DNA of 62,964 bases, filler included, from Octopus bimaculoides (taxonomy: Eukaryota), in NCBI RefSeq assembly GCF_001194135.2. It is 5 parts of 4 records of this genome, joined end to end, with 100 filler letters (N's around TTAATTAATTAA, not from the genome) between each part and the next. Parts side by side here need not be neighbours in the genome. Positions count along the whole stretch, not along the records: positions 1 to 8,690 come from NC_068985.1; positions 8,791 to 39,626 come from NC_068984.1; 3 more parts are not named here. One strand, written 5' to 3'. Both the position numbers and the translations under genes were made by a program. How positions within the stretch are numbered: position 1 is the stretch's first letter; each line of letters starts with the position of its first letter. Under the pieces are notes generated by a model, which searched no databases, had not been told where the DNA came from, and saw only the letters and a program-made list of their open reading frames with translations. Below, piece by piece: positions 1 to 12,776 of the stretch.

Positions 1-2802
1 TATATATATATATATATATGTATGTATGCATGTATGTATCTCTGTATATATTATTTCAATGGGCATGTGACTGGTTTCAAGAAGTTATCCATAACTCCAT
101 CTCCTTCGATAAATCTTGCAATGTTTGATTCAATTAACAATCGATCTACTTGCCAATGGTCAATATGTCTAATTCTGGAACTAATTAAAGCGATTCACGT
201 TGATATCAAACATATCATCTCTAATGTCTTCCTACATTAACTCAATTCACTCATTTAATTGCATTTTCATTTTTCAAAGCAGAGTAACGTGCTTCTTACT
301 AAAAAAATATAAGAATGCAAAGAAAAAGTAATTTGCTAGTATCTTATATTCCTCAAGGATATATCAAGTTGCATCAATAATTAAGATATGCGATTTTAGT
401 TTCATGGCTTTAAAATCTACAAAAAATATTTTCAAAATCAAGACGGAAAAAATAACCGAAAATAACAAAAACATATAGAATCACAGAAAACCATTTCTCT
501 AAAAGTTCGTCCAGTCCTTTTAATTCTTCTGATATGCAGGCCGCAGCTAATGTCTGTTTGTCTCTAAAGATAAGTGAAAATACTTTGGTGCGTATCTGTC
601 CATCTATCTCTCTATCTATCTCTCTTTTTATCTCCATCTCGCAAGTATTTCCATAGAACAAGTACCTAACTCTAAAAAGGCACTGGTGCTGATTTATTCG
701 GCTAAAATTATTCGACCTTTGCCCCAGCACGGTCGCCGTCTAATGACTGTAACAAGTGAAAGATACAATAAAAATATATACACTCATCGAAGAAGCAATC
801 AAAGCAATTTGTAGTAAACAGTGCGTAAGGTTTCGGTTTTTATTGGTCAGCTAAAAAGAGAGGACGCTCAGATGTAACTGTGGTAACTTTGGTGTAACAT
901 ATTAATAATAATCAAAACTAATATTAAAGCGGCGTTGATCTTCGAATTGTTATCAAGCCGGGTTAAATGGTCAGCAGCATTTTGTCTGTATTTACCTTCT
1001 TAGTTCAAGTTCTGTCGAGATTGACTTTGGCTCTCATCGTTTCTAGATCGATAAAATAAGAACTAATTGGTTACTAGGGTCGGTTTCTATCGACTTACTC
1101 TACCATCGAAATTGCTTGCATTGCGCCAAATTTAGTTGTCATTAATTGTTTCTCACATTAGAAATAATGTTATTATTTCCATCTGCCCCAAATTTAGGTA
1201 ATGTTTTCAGTGTTTATCAATGAAACGCGAAACGCGAAACGCATTATATGAAACACCATGGAATGTATCATGGCAAAAATTGCATCTATTACAACGATTA
1301 TAACCAGCTACGTTTATAATTCCAATATTTAAAACAGATCGCTTACTCGTTTTATCACTGTAGGTGTTATATTAACGAAAGGGTTATTCTGAGTATAATT
1401 AAAGAAAATTCATTCTGGAAGCGCCCAAATTATGCTTTGTTTATACTGAAATTATTATTTTAATCTAAATAGTATTTATTAAATATGTTCGTAAAACTGC
1501 ATCAAACAACACACAACACATTGTAATAGAGAAATGTGAGATATAAATGATAGAATAATCGAATTTTATTTAATTGAACACTATATTTGAGACTATCATT
1601 GGTGACTACGTATGAGAAACACTACTAAAATGTCTGAATTTGAAGTTTTAAATGGATTGAAATCGTTACCAACTTTCTCTTATGAAAGAAACAAATCCAA
1701 TTTAAACTTTCAAGACGTAATTAATGGAACATCACCGAGAATATTACATACGGTAATGGAATGGTGATAAAGAAACGTTTTTCAGCAGCTCTTTTTCTTC
1801 TGAGTTATAATAGGAGAGTGGATAGAAGTAGAGAAAATATTGTTAATGGACATGCAGATAATAATTATAATTAAGCTGCTACTAGCTTTCAGTATTGTCT
1901 TACTAATGATGAAAATTATGTCTAGGTGAGGTGAACGGGGTCTCTCTTTCGTTAATAGTATTAGATATCGAATACTCATATAATTTTGCTGATGACGTTG
2001 ATTTCAGCTACGCTGCCCCCTATGATCCGAATACTAGCAATGCATATCAGCTTGATGGCTGTGATTATATTCTTTTTTTTCGATAATATTAATGGGCATC
2101 ATAACAACAACGAGTATTATGATAATGGAAGTCGTTTTAGCGATGTCAATGATGATAAATGTAATATTTTTTGCCGTGAAGATGATGGTGACGATGATAA
2201 TGATAATAATGATGAAGAACATCAGGACTGTTGCGATAATAAATATGACTACAGTATTAATGATGACGGCGATGCTGACGATGGCGTTAGTGAGAATAAT
2301 GTATGCGATGGGAAAGATATGCCTACGACTGTAATGGCGATAATATTTATGCTGATGGTTATCTTGAAGAATATATTTTCATGATGTGTCACGGCTATAA
2401 TTTGTGACATCTTTCAATACAATCATTTCTAATATGTGCCATTTTGTGATCTTTTCTCTTTAACCTTACGAAGAATGCAATCTGGATGAACGGTTCCTCC
2501 TTATACCACTGACGCCAGCTATATTTAGCTAAATATCATATTTCCTTCATTTATTGGTTATTAAATTTAGATCTATTGTTTGGGATTCACTATTTATTCT
2601 GGAGAATTTTTGTTTTAGAATTTGTATTTGCTTTAAAGAAAACTATGTGTATGCCGAGTGGCAGTGTTTCAAAACAATACACTCTTTGCATTCCATCTCA
2701 CTACGGTCTATTTATTATGAGCGCAACTCGAGTACGGAGACCATTTTATAGCCTGAACCTTTCCCTTGACCGTATGCTAAAGGAGAACAATGTAGTTTAT
2801 TA

Positions 2803-3130
2803 GTATTATTATTATTTCTTTCTATCACAGGTTTTGTTGAAACTCCTAGAATCATGTATGCATATTGGAATTGTTGACTGCAGCCTACGGTACAATGCTA
2901 TCTCTTCTTTTCAGCTACATAATACCTGATTATCCTTGCCGTGCCAAGGAGACAAAACGTTTGTAACAATTCGGACCACTCTCTTCCGATTTCCTTTATA
3001 TTCCTCTTAGGGCCTTCTGATACTGTCCTCAAGGACTCAACAATACATGGTAGCATCTTCACCTTCTTTATTTTCCATAACCAGGCTATTTCTTTCTTAT
3101 GAGGTTTGTATTCGTCTATTGTTTCTATTG
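2803..3130 (-). mobile_element. R4/Dong-clade LINE 3' fragment (restriction-like endonuclease C-terminus)
   Basis: Minus frame IDEYKPHKKEIAWLWKIKKVKMLPCIV...LLQTFCLLGTARIIR (2898-3129); short (TAA)n tail. Confidence 0.75.
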
Positions 3131-3170
3131 TTAATGACCCTCACAGTCCTGAAACTGTGAGGGTCATTAA
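3131..3170. repeat. Perfect 17-bp stem, 6-nt loop hairpin at the 5' junction of a Dong fragment
   Basis: TTAATGACCCTCACAGT-CCTGAA-ACTGTGAGGGTCATTAA. Confidence 0.9.
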
Positions 3171-3907
3171 CTCGTCCTAGTTGGAGTTTCGCCTCCACGA
3201 CGATGTTTATATGATTCACTCTATCTCATACGTTGTATAATACGTGTATTCTAAAAGAAATTATCATCTTTAACATCAACTTCATCCGCACAATCATTAA
3301 TAGAAATCGCAGCAGCCGTTGTTGCTGCGGTAGTAGCAATGACAACCGCAGAAAGAAACTGACGTATTGTAAATATTAATTTTGGAACAATAATTTGAAC
3401 AATAAAAATCAAAGAAAATTGCAATCAAATCGTAAATATATTTTAACAATATAGATTTAATTAATATTCAATTTTGATGTGTTCATCGTATAAATCCTGA
3501 TTCCCTGACGTGTTATGATATATATCATTATATTCACACGTTACATAACACCATTATTTATCGTTGTTTTATAAGTATGCCGTGTATTTGTTTGAATACA
3601 CGTGAACGCACTTCACAAAATATCTCACGCTTACTAAATTCTAAATTCAAATCCAGACATGCAAATGAATTCCAATTTGTTTTACAATTTTCCGAAGCAG
3701 ATATATTATAGAAGAAGTGAAATACTCAGGATAAGAGAATAGACCAGCCCTTTCACTTCAGTATATTTTACTTGCGCCTCAATAGCAATCAATCGTTACT
3801 GTTCCATTTCTTTTCTCATATGTTTCATACAACCTCACACTGAAAATTGTAGTCTGCCCTTGCGATAACCCCTCATTTATGCCCTACATGGAAAATAAAA
3901 CAAATAA

Positions 3908-3938
3908 TCATCATCATCGTCATCATCGTCATCATCAT

Positions 3939-3980
<42 letters not shown>

Positions 3981-3992
3981 TATCATCATCAT
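3908..3992 (+). repeat. (CAT)n microsatellite
   Basis: Direct reading; representative of many CAT/GAT, TA, CA, TAT, TATC and GA arrays in the window. Confidence 0.95.
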
Positions 3993-5512
3993 GTATATAA
4001 ATGTGTGTATATATATATATATNNNNNNNNNNNNNNNNNNNNNNNNNNNNNNNNNNNNNNNNNNNNNNNNNNNNNNNNNNNNNNNNNNNNNNNNNNNNNN
4101 NNNNNNNNNNNNNNNNNNNNNNNNNNNNNNNNNNNNNNNNNNNNNNNNNNNNNNNNNNNNNNNNNNNNNNNNNNNNNNNNNNNNNNNNNNNNNNNNNNNN
4201 NNNNNNNNNNNNNNNNNNNNNNNNNNNNNNNNNNNNNNNNNNNNNNNNNNNNNNNNNNNNNNNNNNNNNNNNNNNNNNNNNNNNNNNNNNNNNNNNNNNN
4301 NNNNNNNNNNNNNNNNNNNNNNNNNNNNNNNNNNNNNNNNNNNNNNNNNNNNNNNNNNNNNNNNNNTATACATATATACATATATATATATACATAAATG
4401 TTTACATATATACATATATATACACACACACCCAAACACCTACATCTATTGTTACTTTAATGTGCATGCTCAAACATTCACACACCCACGGCCACATATG
4501 TTTTTTATGCGCGCGGGTTGTGTGTGTATGTGTGTGTGTGTGTATGTGCGTGTTTGTGTGTGCGTGTGTGTCTGTGTGTGTTCGCGCGCGCCTACAAAGG
4601 CAAAATAGTGATAGAAAGATTACAGATTTAAGTGCGTATAACGAACTGGAAGAAGCGACATAAGTTTAAGCTATACAGTGTGTTGGAAGTTGTTACTAAA
4701 GAAATGTTTCCTTGTGCTTGATGCTACTTCTAGCTGTAAACATGTTGAAGCAGTACATTTCGTAACAGATCAGAATAATATGTAAGTTAATATACCCAGG
4801 TGTAAGTCAATAAGTTTAATTTGTCTGGAAGAAAGTCATTATCTGAGCGATCTAATGCTTTATGGACAAAATAATCCATAGGATTTGTAAATAAACAATC
4901 CGATATCGAAACCGTTTAGTTATTTCTAGTATCAGGAAATATATTTGGCTGCGACTGCGTTAAATCTAGCAGTTAGCAAAGCTAATCAAATCACTTGACT
5001 TGTGATGATGGAAGAAGGCAAGGAAACAATAGCGACCGTAATAACAAGGGAAATAACTCTAGATTTGATTTGTCGCATCACACGAGAAGAAACAATAAAA
5101 CAGAAAAATTAAAAATTAAATTGTGTCGCTAATAATTTTAAAATCGATTTATGATTAAATATAAATATAATTTAAATATGCTCCGTCGTTTTATGAGAGA
5201 AACATATTATAAATTGTAAAAGAGTGTTTGTGCATCACTTCCTTCTAAAAAATGATAAACTGACAGTCACAATTTAATAAGAATTTATTCCTATATCGCT
5301 AATTCTTCGTTTGTTTATCTCTCCATGTCTTCCACCTGCTTCTCCGTACAGACGTACAAATATGCATATATACATATGTATATATATATATATACATACA
5401 TACCTACATGTAATCCTTCGTGCATATACGCTTATATATGTACATATACATACACGCACGTACATGTGCACCTGCACACACGAACACACAGGTATACGTA
5501 CATAAGTGTGTA

Positions 5513-5543
<31 letters not shown>

Positions 5544-5742
5544 ATGCACACATGTAGAGATATAGATAGATAGCTGCATACACTTTTATATGTATATATT
5601 TATGTATGCTCATACACATGCACTCACACACGGGCAGCAGACACGCACACACGCACACACATGTGCACGGACACACGCATATCTCNNNNNNNNNNACATG
5701 TGCACGGACACACGCATATCTCTCTCTCTATCTACCTATCTG

Positions 5743-5789
<47 letters not shown>

Positions 5790-5873
5790 GTGTAGGTATC
5801 TATCTATGAATCTATCTGCATCTATATTATATATATATATAGATATATATATGCATGCATGTATGTATGTATG

Positions 5874-5904
<31 letters not shown>

Positions 5905-6163
5905 NNNNNNNNNNNNNNNNNNNNNNNNNNNNNNNNNNNNNNNNNNNNNNNNNNNNNNNNNNNNNNNNNNNNNNNNNNNNNNNNNNNNNNNNNNNNNNNN
6001 NNNNNNNNNNNNNNNNNNNNNNNNNNNNNNNNNNNNNNNNNNNNNNNNNNNNNNNNNNNNNNNNNNNNNNNNNNNNNNNNNNNNNNNNNNNNNNNNNNNN
6101 NNNNNNNNNNNNNNNNNNNNNNNNNNNNNNNNNNNNNNNNNNNNNNNNNNNNNNNNNNNNNNN

Positions 6164-6211
<48 letters not shown>

Positions 6212-6824
6212 GTATACATATATATTATCTGTAGTACATTTCCATAACAAAATGTTATAGAAGTAAATACGTATATATCCTTTCGATTCTCGGAGGAAAT
6301 TTGTTAGCATATTGGAAACTCTACACGTCTACCTAAACTTACTCAGAATGATCTTGCTTCACATTTTCATATTTTATGATTTTTCTATATACAGTATGCT
6401 GGTAGACTCCTTACTGTAAAATGCTCAGCACCATTTCTTCGGTTTCATATTTCATGTTCAAATTGCGCTACGTCTACTCCTACTTTCTTCTTTCTAGAAT
6501 GGATGAAACAAACTATCCGTTTAGCACAGGGATCGGGAGCAATGAAATAGAGTATTACTTTCTTCCACCATTCGAAAACTTGTGCCAACATTAGTACTAT
6601 CTTATCACCCATTTCTCCCTTTCAAGTAATTTGCTCATTTATTCCTTAAATATGCCAATTTCCTCGCATAATGTATTATGTTAATTTCTCCATTCGTGTC
6701 ATTTAGTATTGATTATTAATTATATGGCTGGCTATCTTATAAATTACAAAATATTTATCTCACTCTGAATGTAAAAGAAACACTTTTGTACATCTAATTA
6801 TTCCTGGGAGATTTCATTATTGTA

Positions 6825-6860
<36 letters not shown>

Positions 6861-7751
6861 GCACGCACACAGACACACACACACATGCACGCACACACAC
6901 ATACGCACGCACGCATACAATCACACACACACATACGCATACAAATACACACTCACATATAAGGACTTTCATATCTCCAGATATGCTCTGGTCTTTACCG
7001 AGTGCCCAAAGCAACGGATTCCACATTCTCTTTTGTAATATACAACCCAAATACTGAAAAGATACCGGTTTTTTTTCCATTGAACAAAAATTCTGCAAAC
7101 TCAATGATTCACATAAGCTACATCAATTTATACAAATATACAAATAACAGATCATAAAACTACTCCATCATTTCCAATTTCACTATTAACGAGATTGTCA
7201 TTGTGCAAAGAAGTTTGAGTATCCAAACAGACGCGAAGTGGTTTGTGTGATTATACATACCTAACTGTTCAATTGATCAATCAAAATGTTTATACACTAC
7301 AGACGAATTATTTATTCACATCATACCGTGACATCGTATGATTCGTCGAAGCACGGATATATGTGTAAACGAATGTGTGTGAGCATATATGTGTGCGCGT
7401 CAGTGTATATATACATATAGGTGCATGCGTGAGATGATGATAGGCGTAGGCGTAATTGTTAGTACCAAGTTTTAAAAAAAGGCATAAAGTACTGGGGCCG
7501 AATCATTCGATTGGAAATCCTGCAGGGCCGCCTGATGACTGCAACAAATAAAAGATATAAGATAACAGATACATTCGCATATATTTAGACTGAGAAGAAC
7601 GTAAACTAATAATTATTGCTACATTAGGCACAATGTCTTGAAAATTTTGGGGAAAGCCGCATGTCGATTATACCGACACCAGAGCGTAACTGGTACTTAA
7701 TTCGTCGACCCCGAAAGGATAAAAGAGTAAGTCGGCCTCGGTGTACAATAA

Positions 7752-8358
7752 TCGGGGACTGCGATGGGTACGCGAATGGACCCCCTCCTTAGCGAACCTA
7801 GTCATGGGGTACATAGAAATCAATCTTTATCATAAGGTACTAGAAACATACGGAAACCAATTCTGCCTATACGTAGGATATAACTGGAAAAGATGTCTAG
7901 TTGACTGATTCATTCTTTGGTATGAAAGTACAGAAAGACTTAAAGAATTCCAAACACATCTAAATGGAATTCACATGCGCATTCAATTTACGGTGGAATA
8001 TGGCCACATACAACTTCCATTCGACGACGTACTCATCAAGAAATCCAACAACAAAATAAAAAACGATAGACATCAACTATAAGCCCACGAACTCCAAGCA
8101 GTATCTGCCATTCAACTCTTGCAACCCCAGACGCACTAGAATGAATATTCCTTACAACCTGGTAAAAAGGATTTGTACCATAGAATCTGATACAAGAACC
8201 AGGGATACGTGACTACATGAACTACAGCATACACTCATGAGCAGGAACTATCCGCCATCTCTAATTGATACAGGCTTTCAACGTGCCCAACATCTCAACA
8301 TCCATGAACTCAGACACCCTAGACTAAATAAGGATTTACAACCAAAAGCCCTACCATA
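7752..8358 (+). mobile_element. Penelope-like element, degenerate RT/thumb fragment
   Basis: GTAMGTRM.P/S.ANLVMGY, WKRCLVD* (decayed YxDD), IQFTVE...LPFDDV, YKPTNSKQYLPFNSCNP..NIPYNL..RICTI; two frameshifts and two stops. Confidence 0.85.
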
Positions 8359-8690
8359 CATGTGTTTGTGTGTATATATGTATATATTGACGACACCCCG
8401 CTTGATAACTGGTGGCATTGTTTAAGTCTTCGTTACGTAGTGGTCCGGCAAAGAAGATGGATGGAAGAAGTACGAGGCTTATAAATGCAAAGGATTTACA
8501 GTTACAACATCTTCTTAAAGGCAAAAAGAAATCACGGTGAGCTGGCAGAATTCTTAATACAACGAAGAGAATTTTTCTGTTTTTACGTTGTGAGTTCAAC
8601 TTTCACCGAGGTCCATTTCATTATTTCGGGGTTGATAATATAATTACCACTTCAGAACTGGGTGGATTTCATGACTGTTAGCCTTGTTCT

Positions 8691-8790
8691 NNNNNNNNNN
8701 NNNNNNNNNNNNNNNNNNNNNNNNNNNNNNNNNNTTAATTAATTAANNNNNNNNNNNNNNNNNNNNNNNNNNNNNNNNNNNNNNNNNNNN
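8691..8790. other. Synthetic scaffold-join spacer (44N + TTAATTAATTAA + 44N)
   Basis: Exactly 100 bp; the 12-mer at 8735-8746 has stop codons in all six frames; identical structure at 3 other sites. Confidence 0.95.
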
Positions 8791-10679
8791 ATATATATAT
8801 ATATGTATGTATGTACGTATGTATATACTAAAAAGAATTCTCGCCACCAACAGATCCAGTAACAGCTGCCAATGTGATGTTGTTGTTGATGATGAGGAGG
8901 AAGGTGGTGATGATGTTTGTGATGATGATGACAATGATGATAACAACAATGATATTGATGATGGAGGGAGGTGTAGCATCGGTGGTGGTGACAGTAGTGG
9001 TGGTGGTGTTGTTGTTGTTAGTGGTGGTGGGTGGTAGTGATGATGTTAAGGATGACCAACATCAAAGCGAATATCTATAAACAAAGAAAAGAAACAAATA
9101 ATAAAAAAAAAGCAATGAATCTTCGAATCGTTTCATCATGTATGAAAAACAGAAAATTCCTTTCTTGTTTGAAGACAGCAAACAAGCAAAACCATCCATA
9201 TTGAAGCCGACATTTTCTCTACTAAACTTACCCTTCATGCTAATGGTACTGATTCCTTTCAAATTAGACACTCTGCTATGTGTGTTGCTGTGGGAGGGGT
9301 CTGTCACGGTGGCGGTTGTAGTGGTGGTGATGTTGTTCTTGGCATTTTGGTGTTGACGTTATTTGTTCTTTCAAGTCTAAGTTTCAAAGCTGAGTCCACG
9401 GAGAAGAGTTCCAACTAGATGAAATCTGCTAGAGGTTTAAATGCAAAAGTCTCCAAAATCCAAGTGGCTAAAATGTATCAGGGGTAGGGCACCCAGGTGT
9501 CATGACCTGAATGTGGCCCAGGACCCACCCCTTTAGAGGGTAAAATGTTAAGGGCCAAGACACTTGCCTAAGGCGGGTTTCTTCTATGAAGATATAAAAT
9601 GTTCACCTCTCTTGTAAGTTTTCTTCTGAATGGGCAGTGTTGTCAGATTGAAGATACTTCAATCACGACCACTACCCATGTGTTACTTTGTGTATCTATC
9701 TATGCGCCCTTTTAAAGCCTAGCCAGGCGCATGGGCCCGGTTTCCATGGCGAATGCGTTCCCCAGCTGGACGGGACGCCAGTCCATCACAGCGTTACTCA
9801 TTTGTGTGTCTGTGTTTCTCTCCCCACCATCGCTTGACAACTGATGTTGGTGTGGTTACATCCCCATAACTTAGTGCTTCAGCAAAACAGACCGATAAAA
9901 TAAGTACTAGGCTTATGAAGAATAAGTCCTGGGTCGATTTGTTCAAATAAAGGTTATGCTCCAGGATGGCCACAGTCAAATGACTGAAACAAAGAAAGGA
10001 ATAAAGGAATATATGACGGGCTTCTTTCAGTTTCCATCTACCAAATCCACTCACAAGGCTTTGGTCGGCCCAAGGCTATAGTCGGACACAACTACCCAAG
10101 GTGCTATGCAGTGGAACTGAACTCATAACCATGTGGTTGGGAAGTAAGCTTCTTACCACACAGCCATGCCTATCATCATCATCACCATCAACATTTAGTG
10201 TCCATTTTCCGTTCTGGCATGGATTGGATGGCTTGACAAGAATTGACAAGGCCAGGGGCGGCACTGGGTCCAACTGTCTGTTTTAGCTTTCTGTTTGCAT
10301 CTACCAAATTCACTGACAAAGCTTTGGTCAGCTTGAAGCTACTGCAGAGGAAACTTACTGAAGGTGCCATGCAGGGGGACTAAGCCTGGAACCATGTGAT
10401 TGGGAAGCAAACTTTTTATCATACAGCCTGACTCCTATTTTTACCATATTGAGCAACAATGATGACGCTACTTTGTTCATTGGCTCACATTTCTATTGTC
10501 ATCATTTAAACTAGCTTCAAGCAAGCATGCTTATATGATCAAAGGCATTATATCACTTTTCAGGTGAGATGACAAAGGACTGAGATGACTGTTACCTTGC
10601 TGTACACAAGAAGACCAGTAATCTGCAACAGAAGTGTTGAGTTGTGGTGTGGAGCAAATGCAAACATCGATATATGCAT

Positions 10680-10722
<43 letters not shown>

Positions 10723-11436
10723 ACGAACGAGGGAAATGGAAAATTGATTTAGCAAGAATCTTTATTCAGTACAACAATCATTTCAAACCATCCTGCATTT
10801 GTCCCTTACAGGTGGGATATTGTACATTCGTTGTGTTGCAGGCTGTGTCTCATCAGGAGACCAGCCATGATAGATTTTTAATACTACACATTTTGAATAA
10901 TATATATATATATTTAAATATATTTTTTTTTACACCAAAAATTTGGCAAAAGAATATAGTATCTGTTAACAATCTTAGCAAAATACTCACAGTTNNNNNN
11001 NNNNNNNNNNNNNNNNNNNNNNNNNNNNNNNNNNNNNNNNNNNNNNNNNNNNNNNNNNNNNNNNNNNNNNNNNNNNNNNNNNNNNNNNNNNNNNNNNNNN
11101 NNNNNNNNNNNNNNNNNNNNNNNNNNNNNNNNNNNNNNNNNNNNNNNNNNNNNNNNNNNNNNNNNNNNNNNNNNNNNNNNNNNNNNNNNNNNNNNNNNNN
11201 NNNNNNNNNNNNNNNNNNNNNNNNNNNNNNNNNNNNNNNNNNNNNNNNNNNNNNNNNNNNNNNNNNNNNNNNNNNNNNNNNNNNNNNNNNNNNNNNNNNN
11301 NNNNNNNNNNNNNNNNNNNNNNNNNNNNNNNNNNNNNNNNNNNNNNNNNNNNNNNNNNNNNNNNNNNNNNNNNNNNNNNNNNNNNNNNNNNNNNNNNNNN
11401 NNNNNNNNNNNNNNNNNNNNNNNNNNNNNNNNNNNN

Positions 11437-11475
<39 letters not shown>

Positions 11476-12071
11476 TTGATGAGCTTCTTTCAGTTTACAC
11501 CTACCAAATCCACTCACAAGGCTTTGAAGCACTTTGGTCAGCTCAGGATAACATTTAGAAGACATGCTAAGGTGCCATGCAGTGTGACTGAGAAGCAAAT
11601 ATCATACCACAAAACCACTTATACACACATACACATACACCCACATATACACACTTATAATAAACGTCTGTTATTTTTATTACGTTTCTGTACTCTTTAC
11701 TCTTTTTACTCTTTACTCTTTTACTTCTTTCAGTCATTTGACTGTGACCATGCTGGAGCACTGCCTTTAGTCGAAGAAATCGACCCCAGGACTTATTCTT
11801 TGTAAGCCTAGTACTTATTCTATCAGTTTCTTTTGTCAAACTGCTTAGTGACAGGGACGTAAACACACCAGCATTGGTTGTCAAGCGATGTTGCGGGGAC
11901 AAACACAGACACACAAACATATACATACACATACATACATATATATATATATATGTGTGTAGAGTGTTAGGTGCGATGTACAGAATTAGATATTGAAAAA
12001 AAGTCGTCAGAATTTTGGAATAACTTCTTTCATTTATTTTATACATATATTAGCGCTTTCGTTCGTCTTTC

Positions 12072-12298
12072 GAACTTGTCAAATATAATTCTGTGAAAAT
12101 ACAGAGATCTTGCTTATCTATGAGACTCGAACTCACACCTCTGTGATTACACGTCACGGTGCTCTTAGACCGATTAAGCTAAACTGCCCCACTTAATCGG
12201 TCTAAGAGCATCGCGATGTGTAATCACAAAGATGTGAGTTTGAGTTTCATAAATATGCAAGATCTCTGTATTTTCACAGAATTATATTTGACAAGTTC
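12072..12298. repeat. 107-bp inverted repeat (98/107), 13-nt loop, built from a tRNA-derived head
   Basis: Arms 12072-12178 and 12192-12298; minus strand 12187-12113 reads TAGCTTAATCGGT..GAGC (A box/D arm), CGTGA-CGTGTAA-TCACA, GTGAG-TTCGAGT-CTCAT (T arm/B box); acceptor stem does not pair. Confidence 0.85.
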
Positions 12299-12618
12299 NN
12301 NNNNNNNNNNNNNNNNNNNNNNNNNNNNNNNNNNNNNNNNNNNNNNNNNNNNNNNNNNNNNNNNNNNNNNNNNNNNNNNNNNNNNNNNNNNNNNNNNNNN
12401 NNNNNNNNNNNNNNNNNNNNNNNNNNNNNNNNNNNNNNNNNNNNNNNNNNNNNNNNNNNNNNNNNNNNNNNNNNNNNNNNNNNNNNNNNNNNNNNNNNNN
12501 NNNNNNNNNNNNNNNNNNNNNNNNNNNNNNNNNNNNNNNNNNNNNNNNNNNNNNNNNNNNNNNNNNNNNNNNNNNNNNNNNNNNNNNNNNNNNNNNNNNN
12601 NNCATATATACATATATA

Positions 12619-12776
12619 CGATGGGCTTCTTTCAGTTTCTGTCTACCAAATCCACTCACAAGACTTTGGTCGGCCCGAAGCTATAGTAGAAGATACTTGC
12701 CCAAGGTGCCACGCAGTGGGACTGAACCCAGAACCATGTGGTTGGTAAGCAAGCTACTTACCACACAGCCACTCCT
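12619..12776 (-). mobile_element. SINE family C, head half (remainder in gap)
   Basis: High similarity to the family C head. Confidence 0.8.

Noticed and set aside
1986-2384. Asp/Asn-rich 132-aa ORF
   Set aside because: Degenerate (GAT/AAT)n low-complexity DNA open in several frames on both strands
3873-6310. Long ORF-track entries rich in YI/HT/CV/X (also at 17528-18162, 20700-21688, 22204-24407, 35812-36559, 46356-47075)
   Set aside because: Translations of (TA)n, (CA)n, (CAT)n microsatellites and N gaps; no coding signal
8735-8746. TTAATTAATTAA as a biological motif (PacI-like or homeodomain site)
   Set aside because: Always centred in exactly 44+44 N; assembly linker
12113-12187. Functional tRNA-Thr gene
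   Set aside because: Acceptor stem does not pair, D loop is oversized and position 33 is G rather than T; treated as a SINE head or pseudogene
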